A DNA stretch of 63,289 bases, counting the filler, from Intoshia linei (taxonomy: Eukaryota > Animalia > Orthonectida), in NCBI GenBank assembly GCA_001642005.1. It is 5 parts of 5 records of this genome, joined end to end, with 100 filler letters (N's around TTAATTAATTAA, not from the genome) between each part and the next. Parts side by side here need not be neighbours in the genome. Positions count along the whole stretch, not along the records: positions 41,861 to 60,810 come from LWCA01000756.1; 4 more parts are not named here. One strand, 5' to 3'. The position numbers and the translations under genes were made by a program. The notes below the pieces were generated by a model that was not told the origin of the DNA, searched no databases, and saw only the letters and a program-made list of their open reading frames with translations. Within the stretch, counting starts at the first letter, position 1, and the number at the start of each line of letters is the position of its first letter. Positions 41,861 to 54,100 of this stretch are shown here, piece after piece.

Positions 41861-43450
41861 CTGAGATGGCATACCACAACCCTACTTTAAATGGGAATTT
41901 CTCCACCATTTTATCATATTTTTCATCATAAAATTTCATGAACGCGGCAAAGTGAATGAATAATGTGCGAAAAATCATAATTAACACAATACTTCTCGCA
42001 CACTGCATTTGATAATTCAATGCACACAGCGTAATCGGCAAAAACTGAGCATAAATCCATAAGCGAATTTTTATAACATTCTTTATGAATATTGTTAACT
42101 AAATCTTTTCTACCTAACTTTATTAAAATTTTCACAGGATCCGGTACAAAATGATACTTGCCACCAACATTAAGCAAAAATTTGGAACAAAAGTACTTAT
42201 ACTTAAACTTGAAAATCTTTGTCTCCAAATTGAATTTTGACGAAAAGAAATTAATTTCGAATCCATTACTTAAGTCCATTTTAAAATCATTCAACATTGT
42301 TGAATTCGATATAATACCCATAAGAAATGTTATGTTGAGAATGAAAGTTGAAGCGTCACTAGATTTTCGCTGGAATGGTATCAAACACTTCAATTTAATA
42401 AGTGGTTCATAAATAATGGATAGGAAGTGCCCATTATACCATAAGTTAATATAGTATTGTAGAATACCATAGTACTTCAATATCATGCAATCATATTTAG
42501 GTGCAACAATTCCCTGAAATTTGTCATACTTCGATATATCAATTTCGATGTGACTTGTTTTATTCATTAAAATCGAGTCATCACCGCTAAACAAGTATTT
42601 AACGTCGGTTCCCATATTCCTTATTTCATTTGCGAAATCTTTTGGCGACATATCGCAGTACAATTTAACATGATCTTCCAATGATAAAATTATACGCTGT
42701 TTCAATTCTTTGAACATCGAACAAAAGATTGCATTGATATCCTTCGAATGATAAACAATCGTTTGCAATGTTGCATTGGTCGATAGTGCCGTCATTGTTA
42801 AATTTGGTTTCGGAACACGTTTAATAGACAAATAATATGTGTCTAGCTTTCTTGTGAAGTGGAAAATCCGGGACGATGCTATCAACGACGATAGATTTAT
42901 TTTATTAGGTACATGTATACAATTAGCGTTCAACGTTATTTTATCTGCACAAACCAACTTATGCTTTGCAAAATCGACAAATGATGATATATATGACTTT
43001 ATCATATTACTTGAATAACAATCCCAGTCGACAATTTTAGATAATTCAGGAACACTGAAATTGCGCTTCATAAGCGCTATTCATAATTCACGTGAAGTGT
43101 AAGGTATTTTTACATACATTGTGGTTTTTAATTTAAGTGTAAGCGTATCAAACTCTGATTTCTGATGTAAACCTTTTATATTACACATAATATATCTTCC
43201 AGAAAGTAAGTCTAGATCATAATTATGAATCATCCATGCGTCAAGGCATTGATCTATATAATTTATGTCTCAAAATACATTATCGATAAACGTCTGTAAA
43301 AGTGTAACAGTAGGTAACATCGGAGTATACATACTTTCAACAACATTATCAATTTCACATTAGGTAATTGATAGGTAGCATTAGTGTTCAACAATTCAAA
43401 GATCTGTGGTTCAACCACATCTACATATTTATCAGTACATAAAACCATAC
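41861..43450 (-). pseudogene. Endogenous viral element: alpha-like (Martellivirales; nege/kita/virga-like) RdRp with permuted C-A-B motifs
   Basis: KRNF, QTIVYHSKDINAIF, FSGDDS (42577-42585), EIDISKYDK (42523-42546), QRKSSDASTF, FNLETK, YFCSKF, VPDPVKILIKLGRKD; intronless; in-frame stops at 43081 and 43270. Confidence 0.92.
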
Positions 43451-43464
43451 TCACATTTGGTAAC

Positions 43465-44135
43465 ACATGATAATGATGAATTAAACATTCAAAAATATCA
43501 ATCAAATGATGCTCATTGTAAAGAAGTCATTGAACTTTTACTTAAAAACAAACCTGTTGATCCATCCAATAAATATTATCGCAACATAAGTAAGTTTACC
43601 ATTAAAAACAATCTGCTTTATTTTAGTAAACGGAAGGCACATAATATGCTTATTTTCACTCCAATACCATTAAGAGATAAATGAATTAAAAATTTGCATT
43701 ATCAGTCTCATTCAGGTATTAATCAAATAACTATGAAAATTATAAAGGATTTTTATTGTACTGGATTGAAAAAGGCTGTTATTGATTTTTTAGAAAATGT
43801 TTAAAATGTAATTTATTTAAAACTGGTAGGTGACGTTATAATTATCCATTAAATCAAGTAGTTTCATCTAAATTTAATGAATTGTGGCAAGTCGATTTTG
43901 CTGGTCCAATGCCAATTACCAAAAACGGAAATCGTTATTTATTGGTCATGGTCGATCATTTTACTGGTTGGCCTGAAATCTTTTCTATTGAAGAAATGAC
44001 TGCGGATTGTGTTGCGTATAACATATTAAATAATATTGTCGCAAGGTATGGTGTTCCAAATTAAATTCACATCGATGAAGGTACCCAATTTGATTAGATA
44101 TTGTAAAAAATCTATGCTCAGCTTTAGGGATCAAG
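43465..44135 (+). mobile_element. Ty3/Gypsy integrase remnant
   Basis: IQKYQSND, HSGINQ, WQVDFAGPMP, VMVDHFTGWPE, YGVPN*IHIDEGTQF. Confidence 0.88.
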
Positions 44136-44229
44136 ACTTTACAATAATTATTACAAACATCGTGATATTTTCAGCATAAGTAAAATCACTTATGATAAGT
44201 CATACTTGTCCACTCTTTCAGACACATTG

Positions 44230-45000
44230 TCATTTTTACTGATTGAGAATTTAAAGATTTTCTTCTACATGTAAGAATATCAGGTCATGGATGTAAAGCA
44301 CAGCTAAAAATTTTCTTGCCATATTTGATAAAATTGGATATTTATTTGTGTTATTCACACCACTTTAAAATCGATTCATTTTCCAAATATTTTGTATTTT
44401 CGGAAAGGTACAAGTTTAATTCATCATCAGAATCAATTCCTTCACATTTTTTTTCATTAATTTGTGCATAAAATCTAGCAAATCGACTCTTTTTTGATTC
44501 TGGTGGTGGTTTCACATCAACAAGTTCTCTAGTTTTTGCTTCAGAACTCATAAGAATTTTTGATTTGGAAAATTCTGATTCCATTATGTTTCGGTAGTGA
44601 AGATTTGTTATGAAATTAAAATTGATTTCAAAAAATTTCATTTCATAAATTTCAAGAAAAATGAGAACAATTAAAATGTAAATTAATAATTTTTCAAAAT
44701 TATAGAAAATATTAATGAATTACTTTCAACTCATCAATAATTCTTGTTTTGTAGCGATTGTATTCCTCAATTAAAGCATTTTCAAAGTACCTTTGGAAAA
44801 TAACTTTTCTTTGTCTTTAAACAAATTTTTAAATGTTGGATGTTCTACAATATTGTATGGTTGTGACGTACAAGCAATAAATTCAAGAACATTATCTTTG
44901 AATGAAAAAATTGATTTAGAGCCTGTAATCGAACTTTCCTCCATACTTGCATCATTTAAATTACAATATGCAATTCGTTGAAAGTAATCTGAATTTCAAA
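44230..45000 (-). mobile_element. Degenerate hAT transposase fragments
   Basis: QPYNIVEHPTFK (N-terminal part) and DELNLYL...ILKW...KYPILSNMARKFL (dimerisation domain). Confidence 0.75.
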
Positions 45001-45924
45001 TTTTTTAGAAACAACAAAAAATTCATTAAGATAAGGTGATTCGAACGTGTTTTTAATATTTTCAATGTACTCATAATCAATGATATTAAGCGGGACTAAA
45101 AATTCTGTAAGTCCTTCACAGACCTTATTTTATATTTCCTCAATAGACTTTATTGTTATTGTTATTTATTTAATTTATAAGTTTTATCTCAAATAGATTT
45201 TGAGAATACCCCAAAATGTAATTTAATACAAATCTAACGAGTTCTTAAGATATAAAAGCAAACTTTTAGTGTATGTTTTATATTTTTCAAGGTCTGCTTA
45301 AAAGTCTGCTTGTTTTTGATTATAAGCATTTTTCCTTCTACTCTCCAATATAAGAAGACTTCTTATAATCGAGAAAAGACAGTAATATTAAATTTAATCA
45401 AAAATAAATTTGTCACTTCTTGTGCTATGCGTGATACGGTATTTGATATGGAGCATTCTATAACACGAATATATCTGCCAATAATGGATTTAATGTTTTG
45501 AACTTATATTAGTTTTTCAAGCTTTCCTCCAATCGAGGAAAATCAGCATATCTCTTAGCCTTTATCTTTATATTAACGGAAAGCTTTTTCTGGCTTTTAG
45601 TCGTAATATTTGAAATGTTAAACATTAAAATCAATAATTACAATGCGTTAAATAACTTATAAGTTACAATATGTATTATGAAAATAAACTAAATTACAAA
45701 TTACGAAAAATATATTATATATTAGGAAACTATTTTGTCGAGGTGGGCCTGACTTTTTGGAAAATTATACTTTAAAAACAGCCATCATGAATATAATTAC
45801 ATTTCTCATCATGTATGACCCTGGATTTTTTGTTTTTGAAAAAGTTAACTTTAACACAATACAGTTGTGTTGTTATTGTGTATTGTTAACATTGTGTATA
45901 TTAATGTCATTAAAAGTTAATTTA

Positions 45925-46389
45925 AATGTGGTACTACATACGGATAATTATTTTAAATACATTTTCTGGATAACTTAATTTACGAGATGTTGCTTAAATG
46001 AAATTGTTAATGACTTGTTTAAAGTTTTTATTACATTATGTATATTTTTAATTAAAAATAAATTTCTTTTAACCCCGTTAAAACATAAATAAGACCAAAA
46101 CATTAGTTTTTCTAGATAAAAGATTGTCTTGTATTGGTCTTGGGAATGAAAGAATGTGCGTGTTGATAGAACATCCTCATTGATACATCGTAATTGTTGA
46201 TTATTATTATTATTATATTATTTTTGATTAGTTCTATTACTTGTTGGTTAAAATACAATGAATTAAAATATATAAAATGTAATGAAAACTGAAAACATTT
46301 AATTAACAATTTAATTTAAGCAACATTTTGTAAATTAAGTTATCCAGAAAATGTATTTAAAATAATTGTCCGTATGTGAATGCACATTA
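45925..46389. mobile_element. MITE with ~85-bp imperfect inverted repeats
   Basis: 45925-46010 is the reverse complement of ~46300-46389. Confidence 0.65.
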
Positions 46390-47699
46390 GCCCGTATCTA
46401 GTTTCACAGTAGTGTTTATTTAGTTGCACAATATCCCGTATTTCAGTGAACAACACTGTAAAACATATAAATGTATGATTCATGTGACATATTATATCTA
46501 TCTATTTAGCCATCTTATGACAAAAAAGAACTAAAATTATATCAAAAAATGAAATATCAAAGATGTACGGTTTGCTATAGTTTAACATTCAAAAATAAAA
46601 ATAAAATTGAATGTTCAGGTAAATTAAAAATGATTTTTTTGAAATTATTATAAATTTTATATTTACTATCTAGCAATCTTATGTAGAAGAATCTACTGCA
46701 AATTATGTTGGAATCGAATAGGATTGATATGTGTAAAATGTGACACAAATTTTTTAAAAAAAATTCACAAATTTATAAAATATGGAAAATTAGAATATAC
46801 AAATTTATAGAACTGATAATTGTAAATACATAAATGTATATATATAATAATGTTCATAAATAATTTTGATTGATTAAATTTAAAAGTATCAAGAATATTT
46901 ATTAGAAATGTCTATAAATATAAGGTTAACCAGTAAAACATTTGTCCTCATATTTCGTTGGAATACTGCACTAACCTCCATACGTTTAAGACAGTGTTTC
47001 CCAGCCTTTTTCACAATAGTTACCCAGTAGCAGGGTTACCAACATTAGGTTATTCTTAACCCGAAATATTGAGCAAAGTTCAAAATTTAGCTAAAGCGCA
47101 GCGAATCGTGTTATGCAATTTCGCCGAAGGAGAAAATTTTTTGGGGAACCCTTTTACTTTGGGTTCTCTTATTAAAAAAAAAATAACATTTTACACAATT
47201 TTTATTGCAAAATTCAAAGTGAATACTTTAAATTTTTCATAACAAATATTAAATAGCACATTTCAAAAAATACAAAAAATTTTATTTATCATGATTTAAT
47301 TACCGAAACTATCAGTATTTTAATAAAAAAATCTCAGCATTTTCAACAAAAATTGTCAGTATAAATATTACAAATGTACTTTTCAGTATTCAATTACATA
47401 TTTGTCAGTATATACTGTATAGTCAAGGATATACTGACAATAAATTATTGATACTGAAACCTTGTCAACTGGCACCTAAAATACTAAAATTTTAATATTT
47501 TTACCGAGAAACGATTTAAAATGCTAACGCTATATATACAAGCCATTTCAAAATGACTTCATGATGAATACTTTAGAGGAAAAAAATAAATGACACAACA
47601 CAAAAGACAAGATCAAAATCAATTATTTTCGAAAATTATATTTTTGTTAAGCTTTGGCCTTATTAATAAGGTTATTTTGAGCAGACTGTTTTAAGTAGT

Positions 47700-47870
47700 T
47701 CATAAAGTCTTTGCATTCCATGTTAAAGTTGATTCTTATACTTATTTCTGATTTCACTAAACTTATTATCATTTTATTTCGATCTTTCCTCAGCACTGAT
47801 TCCATAAATGAAAAAATTAGTTCCACAAAAGCATTGTTAACTGGTATTTACAAAACTTTAGAAATTATTT
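47700..47870 (-). mobile_element. hAT transposase C-terminal fragment
   Basis: PVNNAFVELIFSFM...DRNKM resembles PxSNAxVERxFS. Confidence 0.6.
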
Positions 47871-48123
47871 TTTGTTAACTATAATTGACAAATAAACATT
47901 AACAGTCTAAAGTGTGATATTTTGTTAATAAGTATTTCATAAGTACGTAATTATAAATGTGTGCCGTTTTTGTAGATTACCAGTGCCCCAGTCATAAAAA
48001 TGTTCCACCGCACTTATCTGTCAATCGGCATGTTTCATATTTATTATGAAATTTTTGAAAATATTAAACACCCTAATAAACACTATGAGTTAATTAAATT
48101 TAATAATATATTTGGTTATAATT

Positions 48124-51100
48124 TTAAATTTGACAACAATGACCACAACCGGAAGGACAAAAATCGAATTCTTTAAACCAACTCTTCATGTGTTGAATAT
48201 GTCCACCATGAGAACACCCTAAAGTTTTAATATCATATATTATTTGTTCAATTCTATTATAATATTAATTCATTACCTAGACACCATGTATAGAGTGTTT
48301 TGACAGGAATTTGGCTAAAATAAATGAATTATATCTAATATAGTAATGATCACAGGTGGAAATAATTAGAAAACTATTTCTTGCTTCATATCGTATTGAA
48401 GAACTCTCGTCTATATTAATGGAGGATCAACACATTTAAAATATCAAGAAAATTTATACGAACACAAATATAGCATAGATATTTAAATTTAATTGAATTT
48501 TTTTTATTGTCCTAATTTATTTTATAAATACATGTATAATATACATTATATATATTACATCAACATATAAATCTCAAATTAAAATAATTCTATGGTTATT
48601 ATAGTTCGATTTTGTTTTGGGGCAGTTTTTCTGTATTATGTTGATTTAACAGTATTTATAACGATAATTATAATAATTAAATATCAATGATAATTATCAT
48701 ATCTGTACAATTTAGTATAGAATTTATCATTAGCACACATTCAATCGATTAAAAAAACAATAAGTATTACCAAACAGAACATTCAATAATAGGTAAATAT
48801 TCAGTAAAATTTTCAATTTTTATCGGTATATTGAGTTTAATAAACAAAGATCTAGTATAAATTTCAATAATTTCATCCAGTTTACATAAATGAACAATTT
48901 TGATCATTATATTCCACAATTGATGTTTTCCGAGAAGTTCTACAAATGAATTAATAATTCTCAATGCATTTGACATTAAATCATAATAATATCGTTAAAA
49001 ATCAAATATAAATATTATTTCAATCAAAACATACCGATATAACCATCCATCCAAATTTTAACAATTTCTTTATCAATTTTGTCAACGAGCATTGGTAATA
49101 AAATGATATAGATTGAACAACACGTTTGTACATCTCCCTAATTTGATAATAATTTAAAACATTCACAATAATCTATAACTCAAGATTCTCAATTACGGAC
49201 AACACCAGAATTAACTAAGGTTTTAACCCTGACGCTAGTCCGTTTTTCCTAAAAAAAAATTGGTAGTAAATAACAAAAAATTTATAAAACAAAGAAAGAA
49301 AAGATCACTGATTGATCATTAAAATATGTAATTACAATATTAGCCAAATATTTAAGAAGATGAATAATTGACGGTACAACAAACATTTCACATTTTTGAT
49401 GTTGACGAGTATCTGAATTGTCGATATTTTTATCGCAAATTAATGTCAAAGATTTTTGTTGTACGTCAGATTGAAATGTATCTTCATATTCACATTTTTG
49501 TCTTGTTTCAAACGCTTCATTTTTAATTGAAATAATCTAATTTGAAATGTTAAAAAATACATAGTATAAAATAAAATATTTACCGAATCACTCTTTTTAA
49601 ATTGAAATTTCACTACATTGGAAGATTTAATTTCATTAAAAATTCCGTCTTTGTCGATAATTGGAGAAATTTTTGAAGTTGGCTGACTAAATTCTACTCT
49701 TTTTAGGTAATATATATGATTTAAGTAATATAAAAAATAATTGAATCGAAAACTCCATCAATACAGAATATTATAGTATTCAAAATAGAAATCAAAAATT
49801 AAACCTTGGTATTATCGATAGCATTTAAAAATATTGCCTGTATGTGAAAAACATAAAATGGCGCAAAATGTATAAAATAAAACAAAAGAAAATACTAAAT
49901 ATAACGTAATTATCTAAACTAGAATTACATAATTAAGTTAATCCTTTCAAACATATAACATATATAATAAAATTTAAAATAGTGACATTATTAGTATAAT
50001 TATAATACATTTAATTTAATTTACGATTATTAGTTAATCAATTTAATATTGATTTATAAAGTTACCACATAAAGTAAATTTATTATTAATATTTTTTTAC
50101 CGCCATTTTATTCGTATTCACAGGCAATATTTGCTTTCATTTTAATTTATCACATGTTTTTAATGAAAGAATTTATATATTTTTAAATTATTTTTCAATT
50201 TTTTATGGACATGTTGCAATCCCAATTCAAAAGAATGAAATAATGAAATGTCTTTGATAAGGTAAGAATATTTTCGTAAATTATAAAAGTATTTTACTCG
50301 ATATGACAAGATTACTCTTTATCTTTGAATAAGTATCTAAAATAAATAAAATCAACATAAACATACTAGAAAAATAAAACCACCATTCAAATTTTCCTTT
50401 AGATAATAAGTAGCATAACATTCAATAATTTTCCATACGTTTGATATCTAAAAGAAATTTACACTAAATTATACCTTTGTATTTTTATTTATTTTTGAAT
50501 ACACATTTTATGAAATTTAAATATTTAAAATTATAATAATTTGGTGAAATGAAAACATAAATAGCAAATTACATAATTTTCATCAAGTTTTTTGGCAACA
50601 TTATAATTAAAATTGCACAAAACATTTGGACTGTCCATTGTCAATTTATAATTTTTTGCCAAATTTATAAAATTGTTCTAAAAATGTAATAAAAAAAATG
50701 AATTATTGAATAAACTTTTAATCCAACGTGCTGTGTCAATTCACAATTGAGAGTCAAAAAATTTTTTTCCTTTTCGTCCAATATTTTAAGTGTATCAATG
50801 ACTGAAATTTGAAAAAAATAATTAAATTTCAATTTAAGTTAATTTTAATTAATTTATTAATTGGAAATTTTTTGAAACAATTAAAATGAAGTGAACCATT
50901 TTATAAAATAAAAAAATCTTGCTGACCATTGATATAGGTAAAAATAAGTACTTGAATTTGTTATAAAATTTTTATTAATATTTAATATATATATAATATA
51001 TAATAATGTATATATTAAACTAGGGATTCTTATCTTTTGTCTTAAGCGACCCCATTTATATCAAAAAAACTTTTGTGCTCACACTTTACATAACCAATGT

Positions 51101-54100
51101 ATTCATATATCATTATTGATCTATGGTTCTCACCCTTTTTCAAGAATCACTTCTAGAATTAAAAAATTTTTAACAAGTTAATTAACTGTTAATATGAGAA
51201 AGGGTGTCTACTTAAATCCAACCGTTTTTACTAAAATCCAATCATTTTTACTAAAAATCAAAATTTACCAACCCTAAAAAATAAAATGCAGTTAAGGATT
51301 GGTAAAACGGAGTTTTTCGTTTTAGGGTTTGTAAAAGTGGATTAACCTTTAAGGGTTGATAAAACTGGATTTTTCCCTTAAGGGTAGGTAAAAGTATAAT
51401 TTTCTCTAAAGAGTTGATTAAACTGATTTTTCACTTAAGGATTGATAAAACTGGAATTTACCCTAAAGGTTTGGTAAAACCGATTTTTTAATTTAGGGTT
51501 GACAAAACTGAATTTTTCCCTTAAGGGTTAATAAAATTGGATTTTTCCTTTTAAGGTTGGTAAAACCGTTTTTTAATTTAGGGATGGTAAGATTAAATTT
51601 TTCCCTTAGGGATTTGTTCATTATTTTATATTTGTTCAAATTCATTAAATATTGAAATTGTCACTTTGACTAACAAGTGTTATTTTCACAAGTTATGAGT
51701 CATAACTTATGACCCATGGGTCACCTGTTGTCAATCATGTTATAGTCATTTCATCCATATATTCTATAAATTAATAAATAAAGACATTAAAAAAATTAAA
51801 TAATAAAAGGGAATGATTTTATCAAGTAAATTACCAGAGTAATCACGAAAATTGTGACTGCACATTAAATTTCCCTTTACACCACAAGCTACCGAATTAA
51901 TTTTTCCATAATTAAGTTCTTGGACACCATCGCTAACTTTATAACAAGTTAAATCTCCAAATCTATCGCATATATAAAATCTGTTCAATTCAGGTATTCT
52001 ACTCCATTCCATATCTTAAAATATTAAACTCATCAACTATATAAATAAATGCGCAGTGAACGTATTAAGCCAATATAACCAGTAATATGTAAAAATAAAT
52101 AGCTAAACATGGCCTAACCAAAGATTTTAAAAGGTCCCCAAAAATAGGCAAAATTTTATATTTTTTCTATTTACGTTTAATCAGTCAGTACGCAATGTTA
52201 TGAATATTTATACGAATCCAAATTGGCATTTAGCGATACAGATTATAAACTTAAATGCCAAGGATAAAAATAATTATTTACCTGTCACAACGTCATATTG
52301 ATTATTGAATGTAGAATACGTAGAATGTGGTCGATCAGTATTCCATATTTTTACATTGTAATCCAATAACAATGAACAACTCGATATCTAAATGATCTGG
52401 TATCATAAATTTTATATAGGTCATTTTTCCCCGGACTTTTTAGATTTGTTCCGTTTCGCAAAAAAATTTAATAACCAGCTATACTACATCGAATAAGAGG
52501 TCAACAGTCTATACATTATCAATCATTAATTTTACATAGAACCAATTTATCGAATATTTATTACAATCCAATTACCCCATATACATTTTATTTAAATTTG
52601 TGGCTTCATTTGATAATAAACACCTTTTACTGGACAAATTTTAGTGAATTATAAATTTTTTTACATTTACTTGATTAAAATAATAAGGTCTCCATCTGAC
52701 AATAGATACACTTTCAGTTGTTTGAAGTGACGTATCCAAAGAAAACATACCATCTTGATATTTCCATATCTACAAATTTATAGAATTAAATGGATTATAC
52801 ACCAGGGCAGTGGTTCTTAACCGGGTGTGCATAATCAATTTTTGGGGGTGCACAGAGTTATTTTCAATTTTTTTTAATTACATTAATAAAATAATTAGTT
52901 AAAAATTAATTATCAATTAATTATTTTTCTAAATAAGTAAAATTTCATAATTGATATTTTTATTATCAACAAAAAGATTAGATATAAGACACAATTTCAT
53001 CTTGTTAATACTTATTAAGTCTCAGAAAATAGACGAATTAAGTAGTAGCGGAAAACTTTTACATAACAATTGACAATTGATTAACAGTTAATAATTAACG
53101 CTCATTGAATTTATTCACAATCATTTAATAATCAAATTAATTTTGTATTTTCAACTTTCTTAAGGTATAATAATTATGTATTTTGTACTAAAAGAAGACA
53201 GTGAAATAACTGATTTTACCTGTCGTAATGATGCAGATAAAACCGAAAAACCTCATTGACAGTGTTGAAGTTATATCTCGAAAAAGAAGACGTTTTGATA
53301 TAGATGGAACAGTTGATTTATCATTTCTTCTTAATGTAACAAAATTGTAGAGGCATAATATAATGTTGCTTACATGTTTTCTAAACAAAAAAGCATCATA
53401 CCATCGGAAACGTTGATCAAATCTTGTACTCTTAACATTGCAGAAGTTCTACTTGACGAAAAACAAAAAGGGGCACTTAAATCAATTCCTTTGTAAAAAA
53501 ATTAGAAATTTAGCAAAATTTATCGAACTTCAAGTTATGGATGAACTTCGAAAAATCCTAGTCAAATTTAGTTTACAATTGGACGAATCTACTGATGTGT
53601 TTGCAAGATATGTTGTAAATGTTAACATTAAAGAGGAATATCTGTTTTGTGAGTCATTAAATAAAACTACAAGAGAATTGATGTATTCGAAATAAATTAT
53701 ATATTTATACATTAAAATATATATAAAATTTTTTATGAACCCTATAATTTACTTTGGCCCCCAAATAGAAAAATTTTTACATAGTCTCTTGATTTTTGTA
53801 GTGGTCCTTTGGGAAATATATGATATGATAGCTTTAAATATGATATTTGGTAGTTTTTGGTGTAGTATGCTTAATATCTATCCATTTGTGACTGAAATTG
53901 CCCTTGAAGTAATTATTACTTTTGTTAAAACATAGTTTTGTGAGGCTGGATTGTCTATTCTAACAAATTAAAAAAAAAGAAAAAAAAATTAGATGTCCGT
54001 GCCAGTATGCGACTGAGCCTATAAAAAACAATGCGAAGATTTAGCTTACTTCTCATTTCAAAGCACCAATAACGATCCCATTAAAATTTATGTAAATAAA

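Noticed and set aside
42158-42412. Antisense ORF within the viral RdRp
   Set aside because: Short shadow frame with no motif
43072-43280. Programmed stop-codon readthrough at TGA codons upstream of the RdRp ORF
   Set aside because: Multiple stops, an apparent frameshift and decayed conserved residues are better explained by pseudogenisation
51290-51612. CRISPR-like array of ~30-bp repeats
   Set aside because: Units are adjacent and degenerate with no unique spacers, no cas genes, eukaryotic intron context
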